DNA of 64,000 nucleotides from Octopus sinensis (Eukaryota). The stretch spans positions 33,108,001 to 33,172,000 of the forward strand of contig NC_043009.1 of the NCBI RefSeq assembly GCF_006345805.1, given 5' to 3'. The position numbers and the translations under genes were made by a program. Below, in pieces: positions 40,846-54,240 of this stretch (position 1 is its first letter; each line of letters starts with the position of its first letter). Below the pieces are notes generated by a model. It did no database searches. It worked only from the letters and a program-made list of their open reading frames with translations, and was not told where the DNA came from.

Positions 40846-41052
40846 ATTTATTATATAGAAGGAGCTTCCCACAGACTAGAACTGTTTCATTCAAGAGAAA
40901 TCTTCAGGAAGCTCATGCTTCCTGAAGATTTCTCTTGAATGAAACAGTTCTAGTCCTGTAGAAGCTCCTTCTATATAATAAATTAATTTTACTCTACTAT
41001 GTATTGAGTACCTTATTTACTGTGGTTAACCCCGAATCAACCCGGGACCTAC
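40846..41052 (+). mobile_element. PLE-derived fold-back pseudo-LTR hairpin in (TA)n
   Basis: About 67-bp arms (40846-40912 / 40917-40983) around a 4-nt loop TCAT, a one-sided tail to about 41052, and TA repeats on both sides. Confidence 0.85.
40917..40965 (+). ncRNA. Type I hammerhead ribozyme, canonical core with 4-bp stem III
   Basis: GCUUC CUGAAGA UUUCUCUUGAAU GAA ACAG UUCUAGUC CUGU A GAAGC. Stem II is weak (U.U then 3 bp). Confidence 0.75.
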
Positions 41053-41262
41053 ATATATATATATATATATATATATATGAATGGACGCTCACGCACGCAC
41101 ACGCACATACACACACGAGTTGAATATGGACAGACGAAGAATGTGTGTGTGTGTGTGTGTGTGTGCCTGTGCGCATTTCTAACTTAAGTTCTATCTATTT
41201 CTATTTATCTGAATATACAATATATATATATATAGATGGATGGAAGGATAGGTGGGTGAATG

Positions 41263-41340
<78 letters not shown>

Positions 41341-41484
41341 ATATCAGATATACAGAAAAAGAAAGAGAGTATCATAGATAGTTTTACCTTCTGCTAAATT
41401 CGGTGTCGTCTAGATTCCGTGTTCAAATCCAAGTCGATGGCATCACTTCCCGAGACTAAATAATTTTATACAAGTACCAGTAAT

Positions 41485-41705
41485 ATATTGGTTTCAGATA
41501 TTGGCACAAGGCCAGCAATTTCGGGGGAGGAGGTAAGTCGATTACACTAACCCCAGTGTTCAACTGGTACACATTTTATCGATTCCGAAAGGATGGAAGT
41601 TAAAGATGGATTTGACACAATTTGAACCCAGAACGTGAAGACGACGGAGATGCCGTTAAGCATTCTGCCTGGTGTGCTTAGCTATTCTGCCAGCTTTGCC
41701 GCCTT
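41485..41705 (-). mobile_element. Family-A-like SINE
   Basis: Reverse-complement match to the head and central domain of the 6527 copy. Further fragments lie at about 22050-22170 (+), 53433-53555 (+) and 56440-56560 (-). Confidence 0.75.
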
Positions 41706-43049
41706 GAAGTACCAGTAATATACTGGGTGGTAATAAGGCAGTGATAGCCTCCTCAGGTAGTGGTGGCGACGGGAAGGCGGCGCGGTGGTGATGGCTGTGG
41801 TGAGAGGTTTTGAGGCGTCGGCGTCGGCGGTGGTGGCGGTGGTGGTGGTGGTGGTGGTGCATTTCGCGGTAGGGGTTGTGTGGGATGGAGGTGGTGGGGT
41901 GGCAGTGGTGGGTGTGAGGTGGTAGTGGTGGGGGATGTTGCGGTGAGGTAGGTGACAGTGGAGGGTTATTGAGTGTGATGCTAAGGAATACTCGGATGTG
42001 AAGAAGCTGGTGTCGCGTTTAGTATTTCTCATACTCAGGGATATCCTCCTGAAGAATATAAAGAAACACTCGTTAAGTTTATACTGCTACCGCCACTTAA
42101 AGTAAGTGGTTGGACTGCAGGGTGGTTTACGTTACATAAATTTACAGCTAGGCAGACTCAGCCGTTTGTGAAATTAAGTGTTCTCGCTCCTGACAGAACG
42201 TACTCTCCGTTACACCACTTGAACTGTTTTACCTCTCCGATAATAGTCAGACGCTGCGCCCTCTAGGCTATTTGTTCTTTCATGGCGTGTGGTGACAAAA
42301 ACGACAGGGCCCTCTTCTTTGATGCTGTCGATGGTGCTGGTGTGGTGTGTCCCCTGGTCAGTTTGATCCACTGGCCCTATGATTCACAGATCACTGCTGC
42401 TGGTAGTGTTGGTGATGGTGATGGTGGAAGTGCTGGTGGCGGCGGCGGTGGTGGTGGTGGTGGTGGTGTCTAAACTTAGGTCAGTTTGACCCGCCAATCT
42501 CATTCTACACAAGTTTTTGTCGTTGTAATCTCCGCGTGTTGTAAGCCAAGAGGAAAGACTTCACGTTGAAATCCGTCTCCCTAGTTATTCACCTTCCGGG
42601 GCCATCCAGTCATATGCCTCCCCAACCCTGCCCCACGGTGGGTGTAAAGCAGCAAAGGTGGAGCACCGAACTACATTGCTGTATTTACCTGTCTCAACTC
42701 GCAGTTGAAAGATTCCCTGCTTTCTCGGGTCGGTATCATAAATACCAGTAATATACTAAGGCCTTCCCTTCAAATTATACCACACAAGGAATGCACTCTG
42801 TGTGTGTGTGTGTATTCGTGTGTATGTGCATGAGTGAGCATGCGTGTGTGTGTGTGTGTGTGCGCGCGCGCGCGTGTGTGTGTGTGTTGTGTGTGTGATT
42901 ATTTCTCCTACCTGTCTCCCTCTATCTTGTTTTTTTTCTATGCAGGTGTCTGACGATGCATAGCCATCAGTTATTCGGTTATAGTTATCTACATATCTAT
43001 TGATCTGTTCGTCTATCTAACTGTATTTCTCTCTCTCTCCCTCACACTG

Positions 43050-43090
<41 letters not shown>

Positions 43091-43248
43091 CGTGTGTGCG
43101 AGTGTGTATGTGCCTGTGCATGAATAATATAAATCGATATAAAGAAATTATAGATAGATGCATACATACATATATACATACATGTGTGTGTATGCGCGGC
43201 GTTGATTATATTATTATATATATATGCTATATAAGTGAATAAAGATAG

Positions 43249-43279
<31 letters not shown>

Positions 43280-43351
43280 CATACATACATACATACATGT
43301 GTGTGTGTATACGTGCGCAAAAGATAGATGGATGGATAACGATAGACAGAC

Positions 43352-43386
<35 letters not shown>

Positions 43387-43407
43387 CGGTTGGATAGACA
43401 GATAGAC

Positions 43408-43470
<63 letters not shown>

Positions 43471-44482
43471 TAGATAGATAGATAGATAGATAGGAAAAGA
43501 GTAATAGAGATAAAAGGAGGTGGGGAAATGGGTGGAGAGTAGAATTGATATTAAACACACGCATTATATATATATATATATATATATACATCACCTAAAT
43601 CTGTGTGTGTGTGTGTGTGTGTAAGTGTGTGTGTGTAAGTGTGAATCCACGTGTGTTGGTAATAATTTGTCACCAACACCGCCTCCATCAGTGATCACTA
43701 ACGTCAGTCTAGTGATTATCAACATCCCACCGTCGCCACAACCACCACCACCCCGACACACCTCTATCAGCGCTACCAACGCCGACATACAACTACCACG
43801 ATGGCCATCACACCACCAGCGCTACCATCGCCAACAACCATCTCCGAAATCAATCACCACCCACTTTATTTAACATTAACGCCTTCACCACCACCGCCAC
43901 CCCCTCCTCCACTACTAAATCAATCACTACCCAGTTCATCGAATACTAACAACTCCACCACCGTCATCATTTTCCTATATATATCTACATCTCCTTCTCT
44001 CTCCTCTTCCTGCCACCAACTCCTACCTCTTTTCCACATGCACCCCCCCCCCTTCTTACATCCACTAGCCCTCTCTTTCTCCTATTCTGCTCACTTCCTC
44101 CTCCTTCCCTTCTTCTCTACCTCACCCTCCTGCTTCCCAACCTCTTTCTGTCTTCTTCCTCCTCCTCTTCCTATTCCTTCCTTCAATCTTTCTCTCTCTC
44201 TCTTTCTCCTCCACCACCAACATCCGTCATATTACCACCACCAGCCACCTCTCCCCATCACCACTACAAACCACTCCCTCATTACGTCAACTACCAGCAT
44301 ACCCACCCTCTATATCTATACCCCTCTATCTCTCCCACTTCCCCCACTTTATATATTCGTATATACACACCACATACCACTGCAAACATACGTGTGTCTG
44401 TGTGTATGTGTTAAGAGTTTTGTATAAATCTCTCTCTGTACATGCATTGCACAGAAGTGTTTATAATAATTGTGTGTGTATG

Positions 44483-44527
<45 letters not shown>

Positions 44528-44660
44528 GTATATATACATACATACATACATACGCACATATATTCATTATATATATATAGGTTTGTGTGTGTGTATTTCA
44601 GTGCATGCAAGCGCGCACATCGGTTTGCTTGTGTGCGGACATTTCCGCGAATGTGCATGC

Positions 44661-44723
<63 letters not shown>

Positions 44724-44731
44724 CGCACCTG

Positions 44732-44802
<71 letters not shown>

Positions 44803-44823
44803 TTATATATATATACACACCTG

Positions 44824-44869
<46 letters not shown>

Positions 44870-45196
44870 CGCACCTTTATCCTTCTGCACTCGCCACCTG
44901 TCTCCCTCTCTCCCTCTACACCTCTACACCTCCGCCTCTTACCCTTATGTACTCCTTCTCTAACTCAATACATACCTATTTTCCAAATGCTCTTTTTTCC
45001 TATTTTCTCCTCCCCCTCTCTCTCCTTCTTTCTCTTTATATCTCTCGCTCTTACATCCTTCACTCCATCTATTTCTCTTAATATTTCAACTCTTCAATTC
45101 CTCCTTCTCTCTTCCTCCTTCTCTCTCTCTCTCTCTCTCTCTTGCTCTCATTTACTCTCTATCTCCCCCTCTCTCTATCTCCCCCTCTCCCTGTTT

Positions 45197-45239
<43 letters not shown>

Positions 45240-45586
45240 CCCTCTTCAGCTTCTATTAATCTTCCCTCCTCCGCCTCCTCTTTTTCCTCCCACTACGGCA
45301 TCGCTCTCTTCTTTTTCTCCTCTTCATCTCGACGTTGTACTTTCTCTTCCCCTACTTTGAAACTCATTCGAATCGAACCGACTCACACTATCACAAACGC
45401 GCGCGCATCAACATACCAGCACATTTGCGTATAACAATATATATATATATATATGAATGTATGCTTGAGTTATATATATACATACACACACACACATATA
45501 TACATCCCTGTCAGTAGATATGTGTGTATGTGCAAATGTATTCATATATACGTTTATATGCATACACCCACACACCCACACACATA

Positions 45587-45621
<35 letters not shown>

Positions 45622-45957
45622 CCACACTCACACACTGCTATACATACACGCACACTTGTGTTTGTATATGTGCCTGTGTGTGTATAAGAGTGCGTGTCTA
45701 AAACCTGTAAACTCATGCATCATACAATGAATGTGTGCAGCAAGAAAAACCAAATCGGTTGTTTGTTGATGTTTCTCCCCTTCCGTACACTCCACACCCC
45801 ATCTTCCACACCCCTCGTTTGTCTGTCTGTATGTCTCCCCCCACCCCACCCTCCATCCGCTTCAGTTTTTCTATGGCTATTTTGTTCTACGCTGTTGATT
45901 CTTCTTCTCTCACTGGGTCCCACAATAGCTTTGACCATTTTCTGTCATATGATGTAT

Positions 45958-45973
45958 CCAGTAGAGGGCAGCA
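45958..45973 (+). promoter_or_regulatory. Candidate CTCF binding site
   Basis: CCAGTAGAGGGCAGCA fits the CCASYAGRKGGCRS consensus exactly and lies in non-repetitive sequence. Confidence 0.5.
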
Positions 45974-47149
45974 CATACTTTAGAAGAGAGGACGAGGAAG
46001 GAGAGACAGACGGTGAGAAAGAAAGAGAGAAAGCAGAGTCTTTTTGCTTTGTTTTTTGTTTTTTGTGCAAAGTAATTAAATTAGTCTCGTGAAGAATGTC
46101 TAGAAATTAACTTCCTGGAGGTGGAGCTAATTATCCAGCCTTGATGGTCAACTCTCTCACCGCCCTCCACTTTGTCTACTTTCGCAGTTTAATGCTGACC
46201 ATTCCACTATTAGCCATCGTCCAGGTTCTACGTTATTTCATAATCTCGTGGCTTCCCGTTCGTGTGATCTACACTACGTTGAGTGTATTAATCCGGCACC
46301 CAAAAGAGAATTGTAATCTCACACCGAATTGCTCCTCTTGCTAAGAATCACAACCAAATCTACTGCGAACCACATTTTACCGTTTTGGATAATCATCATC
46401 GCTGCCGCTGCCGCCGTCGTCGTTATCACTATTACCACCACTATCATCATCATCATTATTGAATCAAGTCTACGAGGAAGCATCGTATATCATCGATCGA
46501 CCCTGCTTGAAATAACAGCCAAAGCTGATTCAACCCCCCGCTATCGTCTTAAAAGCTTTCTCACTGGCTTAGTGTAGTCTAAAGTGTACTAGGCCTGAAA
46601 ATAAAATACCAGATGGTCACAAGAACTTTTGAACAGTTAATGGTGGTGTTAGCGCCACCCATAGAGAGAGAGAGATTTTAGGCTTGAATCGATTAAGAAT
46701 GATACAAGGATACCGAAATTGTCAGAAGTCTCTATGTCCACCAACCAAGAGACCTGGGCTTAAATTTGTTTCATTATTATATCATTGTAAATCATTCAGT
46801 TAGCTTTGGCTTAAATGTGGCTATGTCTTCGCTGAAATTTTCAAGCATGAAATTCGTTAGATGTATCCAGGCCTAGAAATAAATTACACAGGAGAAAATA
46901 TACGCTAAAGCCCTCACCGATATTGAGAGCAAGCTTCAGGTTATATAAACATCCCTCACTGCAGCCACTGCCAATTCACCGCCACTCAATCACCACCACC
47001 ACCACCAGGGAAAGTTATCGCCGATTAGTTACTAATCGATATATTACTGATACTTTTTATAAATATGACTTTTTTCACTCTAAATTGAAGCCAATCATTT
47101 TAAAAGAGCAATTCCGAACGAGACACGATGCAGTGGAAACACAGTAAAA

Positions 47150-47365
47150 CTGCAGAATAACGTCAATGGACCCAAACTTTCTGCAGACATAAGGGCAAGT
47201 ATTTCGAATATTTTTGGCAGGGTAGCAAGTCACTGGATTATGCTTGCTTGATATTTCTGCCGGAACCGGAAAATCAAACCTTGTCAGGTTCTCTCAAAGT
47301 CGGTCGACCTAAATACACGGTTATTATAGTTGCTTCTTCAGGCATCGCCGTCATACTCTCTGCTA
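47150..47365 (+). pseudogene. Helitron PIF1-like helicase relic
   Basis: LLDISAGTGKSNLV (cf. FLDAPGGTGKTFL) is followed after a frameshift by VIIVASSGIAVILS (cf. AVASSGIAATLL) at the expected spacing. Confidence 0.7.
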
Positions 47366-49759
47366 TTTTTCACAGGTTTCTTTGATGTCTCTTAATGCGA
47401 AATTGGTTGGTGCTATCGTTAACGTCTGCATTGAATCAATGTCGAATACACCGATATAAAGACAATATATGTGTATTTATCTAACGCTTTCCTTCCAGGA
47501 TATTTCTGTATGTATATGCATTTGTCTCTCTCTGTGTATGCATGTATGGTATGGATGGATGGATGGATGGATAGCTATGCATGTATGTGTGGTGCGATTG
47601 TGTTTATACATGTAAGAATTTGCGTGCATGTGGATCGATTATCTGTGGGTGTGTGTATGAATCAATGTATGTATGTGTATATGAATGTGTGTTTGTGTGT
47701 ATAAGTGTGTGTGTACATATTCTCTGTGCCTATGTAGGGATAGAGAAATTAATGACCAGTTAAGCTTAAACTTCCACTGAACTATTTATGACTGTTGTTT
47801 CTTCCATCATCCTTAACATTTCACTGGGAAACGACGCTAGCCTCTTAAAATTTAACTCTCCCCATCCAACCATGGCCATCCCTTTTATGGTTTTAGACAA
47901 AATATATCCCAGGTCATATCACAGCAAAGGCTGTTATATTCTGAGACGGTAAGGTGTGATTTCAAGTACAAGTTGGGTGATCGTCAAGGGATTCCCTCGC
48001 TGTCTCGCGAATAAATATAATTTGCCCTTAGATGCAATGAAACTCTTGCAGCGGAATTGAATTCACGTACTGTGAGTTAGTAATTCAATACTGTATCCAG
48101 TCGTCCGGTTGCCACAAATCACCAAACTCTAAGATACACATTAAAAGTGAACTCTAATCTTGTGTGTAGAGAATGTCACTTGCAGACAAGGTTGGGTGGT
48201 TATTGGGTGCTGAACCCGAAATTTACAGATATTTCCAGTTTTATCAGATAAATGTAAGGGAGGAAGGGGACAGATGATATGAACAGGGCGGGGAGATGAT
48301 TGATTCTTGCAGCAATACAGCAACAGATCAATGGATTAATGAAATGATCGATAGAAACACAGGAACAGTTTTTTTTTTAAATTATTGATATACATTTGGA
48401 AATTGTATGGAAGCACGAAAACGATAAGATTTTCTCTTAAAATGAAAACTAGTTTAATTCTTCAAAAAATTGGAATTGATTTAGAAGTGGGTACATTTTA
48501 ATCCGACAATTGACCTTCATAATCCTACAAAATGTGGGATTATGATATTTGTACTTCTATGAAAACTCGTGAAATACAAGAAAGGAAGAATTCAAACTGT
48601 CAATCGAAACTGGCCCTGTGGGTCACGGAGATTATGATATCCTACTCGGTTTCTGCACAAAATACAACGAAAAAATCCTTAGGCTGTTGGTTAACCTACT
48701 AGAAATAACAGGTAGCCAACCAAATCTCCTTCTAATCACATCTTGCTCTCCTAAAAAAAAAAAGATCAGGAGAGATAATTCTTTATCCTTCAGTCAAGAA
48801 AAGATACACTGTTCGTGGCCATTTTCAAAGATTTTAGAGCATCCAAGACACGAAAAGAGAGGGGGCAAAAGATACCCACCTCTGGTATCTGGCGTGGCAT
48901 TGTTTTTTTGTTCGTGTATATATTTCTGTATGTAGGTTGCTTTTTTGCTGATATACAAAAAATTTCATGGTGTGTTGTTGTTTTGGGTTCACCCTATCCT
49001 CGTTGATTCTGTAAATTCGGGTTATGGCCACCAGGTCGTAACAAATCCGAGTGTTTACAACATATTGGGCTCTGCCGAAGACGCAAAAAGGGCTATCTTG
49101 TGATTATGTGATATTGTATACCACATTAAATGATGTAGTTCTAGATGAACTATGTCAAAAAATGAATACGATAACACCAAGTCCATGATATCGGTGATGA
49201 ATTAGGTTAGCTAACAACATCAATGTTTTAAAGACATTGGTAAGCAAGAAAGAGTAAGTATATTTAGCAATGGTGACCCGGTTTCAAGGCATTTATAGTG
49301 CTATGTAACTTTCTGTATATGACCGGTACCCTTCTGTCGTCATCTACAACCGTCAACCAAGTCTTGGAGTCCAGGTATTTTATTCAATAATTCTCCTCCA
49401 TCACCTTTAGCTCTTTCATTCTTACATTTTTAACCCTGTTGTTGTTCCATGTTGATATTCATTCAGCTTTTTCTAGGTCTTCACCTTGACATTTTACCAA
49501 AGTATTTTCCATAAATTTTGCCGACAGTATACTTCGATCAAAGTATACTTCGATAGTCAAAGTACCATTTTCTGGTCCTAGAATTCTAATTTGGTCCAAC
49601 ACAAACAGCTTGGTCTTTTTTTATTTTGTCCAACTAATTATTAGTGTTCTTATACAATATGAATAATACATTTGTGTCCTCGTGTGTGTGAGCATATATG
49701 TATGTAGTGTGTCGTTATATAGGTATGTATAAGTGTATATATATATATATATATACAGG

Positions 49760-49814
<55 letters not shown>

Positions 49815-49815
49815 A

Positions 49816-49878
<63 letters not shown>

Positions 49879-49949
49879 CACTCTGTGTCGGACGCCGGAA
49901 TGATATTTGATCACTTTATGAAGCGTTTGGGTGTCAGTTTGATGCCTGG

Positions 49950-50140
49950 AATAGGATAGCTTACCTCAGGGGTAGGTAGAAGATCTTTAACCTTGGTTGG
50001 TAATCTACCTAGGAGATGGAAATTTCCAAAATAAACCTGAAGCCTTGGAAGTTCCTGGTTTTGTCAATTTTCACACCGGCGAAAGTATTCTTGGACCAAT
50101 AAGTAGGGGTAGTGCAGTGTAAGCTACACCCACTAAAAAT
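49950..50140 (+). mobile_element. Possible RTE-clade LINE 5' UTR remnant
   Basis: ACCTTGGTTGGTAATCTACCTAGGAGATGGAAA..TAAACC resembles RTE/RTEX 5' UTR segments from memory. No ORF. Confidence 0.35.
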
Positions 50141-50393
50141 TATTCATTTACTCGGGTACTTCTTGTACACCAAATCTTAGTAAATATTTATATAGATAGA
50201 TAGATAAATACATACATACATATATACATACATACGTGTGCGTATATATATATGTATAGGTGTTAGTATGTCTTTATATATACTTCAGTGTATATATTTA
50301 TACGTATATGTTTATGTATGCACATATCTATATTCGTAATTGTGGGTGACAGTGAGAACGTTCTTATAAAGCAATGCGTAAATGTAGGGGCGG

Positions 50394-50845
50394 ATAACAT
50401 AGGAAAGCCACAAACACAACTTTAATCCCCTGAGGAGAATCATTAATCTTGTGAACAGGGAATTAAGTAAAATTAGTAAATTTATTTTAAGCTCCATTAA
50501 TTTAAAAGCCATGCAAACTACTGGTTTACCTTTATAGAACAATAGCATTTCACTGATCAAGTGGTTTAATAGCCGAGTGGATAAACATAATTGTAAATTC
50601 ACTGAATATGATATAGTGAAGTTTTATCCTTCTGTTAGAAAACTCTGCTTTTAAAGCTTTAATGTTCGCTAGTTCATTCACTGACATTTAATGATATCAG
50701 TATTAAAGTTATAATGAATGCTCAAAAGTTATGCCGTTTTCATTACGAATTATTTCCGTTTAAGCACACTGGTGACTGAGTTTTCTGGTATGGCAAAGTG
50801 TAGCTACGATGGAGCAGAATTTTGTGAGACAGTAGGAATTCATCA
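50394..50845 (+). pseudogene. Degraded PLE reverse transcriptase, Naiad/Chlamys-like
   Basis: Manual translation through stops and frameshifts gives IT*ESHKHNF, RIINLVNRELSKISKFILSSIN, LIKWF, EYDIVKFYPSV, KALMFA and SYDGAEFCETVG. These match ITLKDHKENF, FDIxxFYPSI and MGSxDGAExCELVG. Confidence 0.8.
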
Positions 50846-51237
50846 GAAATTAGACTAACATTACAACAGATTTTTTTAAATTCGAATTAAGTGTGCATAG
50901 ATTCAGGGAAGGGAAATATTTTAACAAGAAGGGTAAATGAAAAACAAACTTCAAAATACATATTCAGAGTTTGTTGTAAAAAGCGAGTGAGTGTCGAGCG
51001 TCATTTGTTTAAGGATAAATGGAAAGTGACAAGACTATTGCATCACAGTCCAATTCATCAGGTATATCAGTGACTTTGTTGAATAGTATGTATATAAGTA
51101 CACATATATATACATATAAATATGTTCATATACATATATATATGCATATATATATATACATATACATATATATATAAATATATATATGTATACATATAGA
51201 TATAAATATATATATGTGTGTATATATATATATATAT

Positions 51238-51440
51238 ATAGGGCAATCAGTTAGTTGTCATAACAATACTCAGAGTTTCAGATTTTCAGATACCGAAGCT
51301 CCGGTATCTGAAACTCTGAGTATTGTTATAACAACTAACTGATTGTCCTATATTATATATTTACAGATATTTTCCTCTATTTACATAATATCGAGGTCTC
51401 ATTCATCTTTTGTTGTCATATTATTATTATCATTAATATA
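51238..51440 (+). mobile_element. PLE-derived fold-back hairpin truncated inside a probable hammerhead
   Basis: Arms 51238-51295 / 51302-51352 with an 8-bp duplication in the left arm. The right arm has GAAACTCTGAGTA (HHR 3' half). One-sided tail and (TA)n flanks. Confidence 0.75.
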
Positions 51441-51715
51441 TGTATATATATATATATACAACAATTATAGGAAGCTTACCAAACCATTCATTCTATCATT
51501 TTCAACATTAATTACATACGTTGAGTATCTTTCATCAAACTTTGGTACTCAACTTGCTCGGACACCTTTAATTATAAATGAAATAATGGTTTATTGAAGT
51601 TTGAATAACTGTGACAAATATAGAAAATAGCTCTATATTCATTTTATTGAATGCACCTCACTTTGATATATGAAGCTTGCTTGGCCACTTCATGTGTGTG
51701 TGTGTGTGTGTGTGT

Positions 51716-51786
<71 letters not shown>

Positions 51787-52604
51787 TGTATATGTAAGTG
51801 TGTGCATGTGAGTGTGCGTTCTGTCTGGAACCGAAGATTATCCAAGTTTTTATCACTTTGATTCCTTTTTTTACTCGCACTAAGCCAGAAAACTGTAAAG
51901 GAAGACAATGTCTCAGCTATTTCCAACGTAGTTTGTGTCTGTTTCAAGAATTTAACGCAACATCCACATTCCTTTATTCTGAAACAACTGCAAGCCGCAA
52001 TACAAATTATCTCTCATCAACTGACGGTCATTAGCGAGTTCTCCAAAACTGATTAACTAATCACTCTTTGACATGTCTTATTCCCAGTGGCCTTTGCTGT
52101 TCGGTGTTGTTTACCTTATAACTATTTTATCGAGGATTAGCCGGTTTAGATGTTGTAGTTGTGATATGGTTGTAATTAAATAAATACTCTATTACTGATG
52201 AAATGGATTTCTATTAATTAATTAATGACTGATATGTTGCTGTAATTTTAGATTCTCTCCCAGCAACAAAATCAATAACATTCGGCATGTCAGGGAATAT
52301 ATTTTACAAATATCAATCCGTTCCCGAGACGTTTTTACTATCCCTTATAGCGTCTCCCCACTTCTCGCCGTTCTGTGTCATGTGATCAGACCTAAATGGA
52401 AACAAATATTGGATCAGGTTATCTGAGACGCCATATTAAATTTGATCGTCTTAGTTATAATTTACTAATGAACAGACAGTCATGTTTGTTTTGCTATTTT
52501 TCTTCATTCTTCATTCGATTCGATAACAAATACAAATATTTAAACAAAGGTTCCACGGGAATATTTGATGCAAGGCCTTCCAGCTGTTTCGATGCAAGGA
52601 TCTT

Positions 52605-52653
<49 letters not shown>

Positions 52654-52948
52654 TGTGTGTGTGTGTCCGTATGTGTACGCGTAGCAAATATCCTACGGAT
52701 TCACTGGTTTATATATATATATATATATATATATAAATATAACAGAAAAAGGTAACATTACTTAAGGTTTCGTAGACATAGGACACATTCACCTTGCCAA
52801 ATTTGGAGACATGTTTCTTCCGTTTGTACACTCACTCGTGTATGTATGTATGTATGTATGTATGTATGTATGTATGTATGTATGTATGTATGTATGTATG
52901 TATGAATGTATGTATGTATGAATGTATGCATGTATGTATGTATGTATG

Positions 52949-52980
<32 letters not shown>

Positions 52981-53019
52981 GTTAACGCATACATACATAT
53001 ATATATATATACATATACA

Positions 53020-53160
53020 TACGACGGTCTTCTTACAGCTTGCGTCTCCCAAATCCACTCACATGTTTTTGATCGACCTAAGGCTATAGTAAAAGACACT
53101 TTCCCAAGGTGCCATGCAGCGGGACTGATCCCAAACCCATGTAGTTGGGAAGCAAGCTTC
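53020..53160 (-). mobile_element. Family B SINE head fragment
   Basis: CCAAATCCACTCAC...CCCAAGGTGCCATGCAGCGGGACTGA. Other family B scraps lie at about 130-310, 4138-4180, 14055-14230 and 31380-31530. Confidence 0.75.
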
Positions 53161-53919
53161 TATATAAGCATATATGTGTATATGTGTCTGTGTGTCCTGT
53201 ATGTATGCCTGCACGTATGTGTGTTTGTACATGTATGTGAATGCTTAAGTCTAATTTACAATTTATAAATTTGAAAGATATGTGTATTAAACGTGAATGT
53301 AGGAATAAGATTGGTTTTGTGTTGCTGTTTGTGTTTAGACACAAAACAAGCCTGATTCGCGAGATCAGGGTTGATGCAAAGGCAATCCATTATTGACCGC
53401 TCACTACTTTGTTTCCAATTAGTCCTCATTAGGACTTTGCTTTCATCCTTTCGGAGTCGATAAAATAAGTACCAGTTCAGCTCTGGAGTCGATGGAATCG
53501 ACTTAACCCCTCGCCCCCGAAACTGCTAATTCTGTGCCGATATTTGAGACCAATATTTTAAATCAGGTTTTAAAACACGAACTGCACACTTACTGATTGT
53601 ACAACTGAAAATTAAGAATACAGTAAAATGTATTGTAAAATTGGTTTTGATTCGGGCCTCGAGCATTCACTGACGGTTCATTAAACCAGTCATGGAAAAT
53701 TTTGTTTCTGAGCTTATAGAGGGAAAAAGATGGAACGGTTCATTATTAGAAAAGGGTGCTGAGTTCGAAAGAGCATTTTTTTAGCGCTGGTTGAATAAAA
53801 CTGTCATGTGGGACACGAAGTCCCAGTTCAAAAAAAAAGTTTATAATAAATGTGTGAATGTGTATGAGTGTGTGTGTGTGTGTGTTTTTGTGTGATTTTG
53901 TATTAACGTCGTATCTAAA

Positions 53920-54240
53920 ACAGAACAGAGCAACTCTTGAACATGACTAACAAGAAATTTTCAAAACTAAGAACAGACAAGCAACCTAAAGGAATACAAG
54001 AAACGAAACACTAAACATCAATGAAAATATACACACTGGATAAATTGGGAAATAGAAAAGGTCGTAAAATAAACCTTTGGTTCCATCATAGTGGGGGCAC
54101 TTTACACCATTTCCACAGCAGCCTATTGGAAAGATCTCTTACTTTGAAGAACCTTTGTATTTCATCTCGATCTCTCTTCAGAATAAAAAGCTGCTAAAGG
54201 CAAAGTAGATACGTCATAGCAAAAACAATTATTTGATTTT
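53920..54240 (+). pseudogene. Possible very degraded Naiad-type GIY-YIG C-terminus
   Basis: Scattered peptides INWEIEK, FEEPLYFI, QNKK and IRHSKN occur in the order expected for IxWxI..LxEKLxI..LNKR..CRH. Confidence 0.35.

Noticed and set aside
44402-45259. Long YI/CV/TH-rich ORFs here and throughout
   Set aside because: Translations of TA, TG and TACA repeats.
48950-49560. Possible CR1/jockey-like RT remnant
   Set aside because: Only an isolated LGVI-like hint; no ordered motif series could be established.
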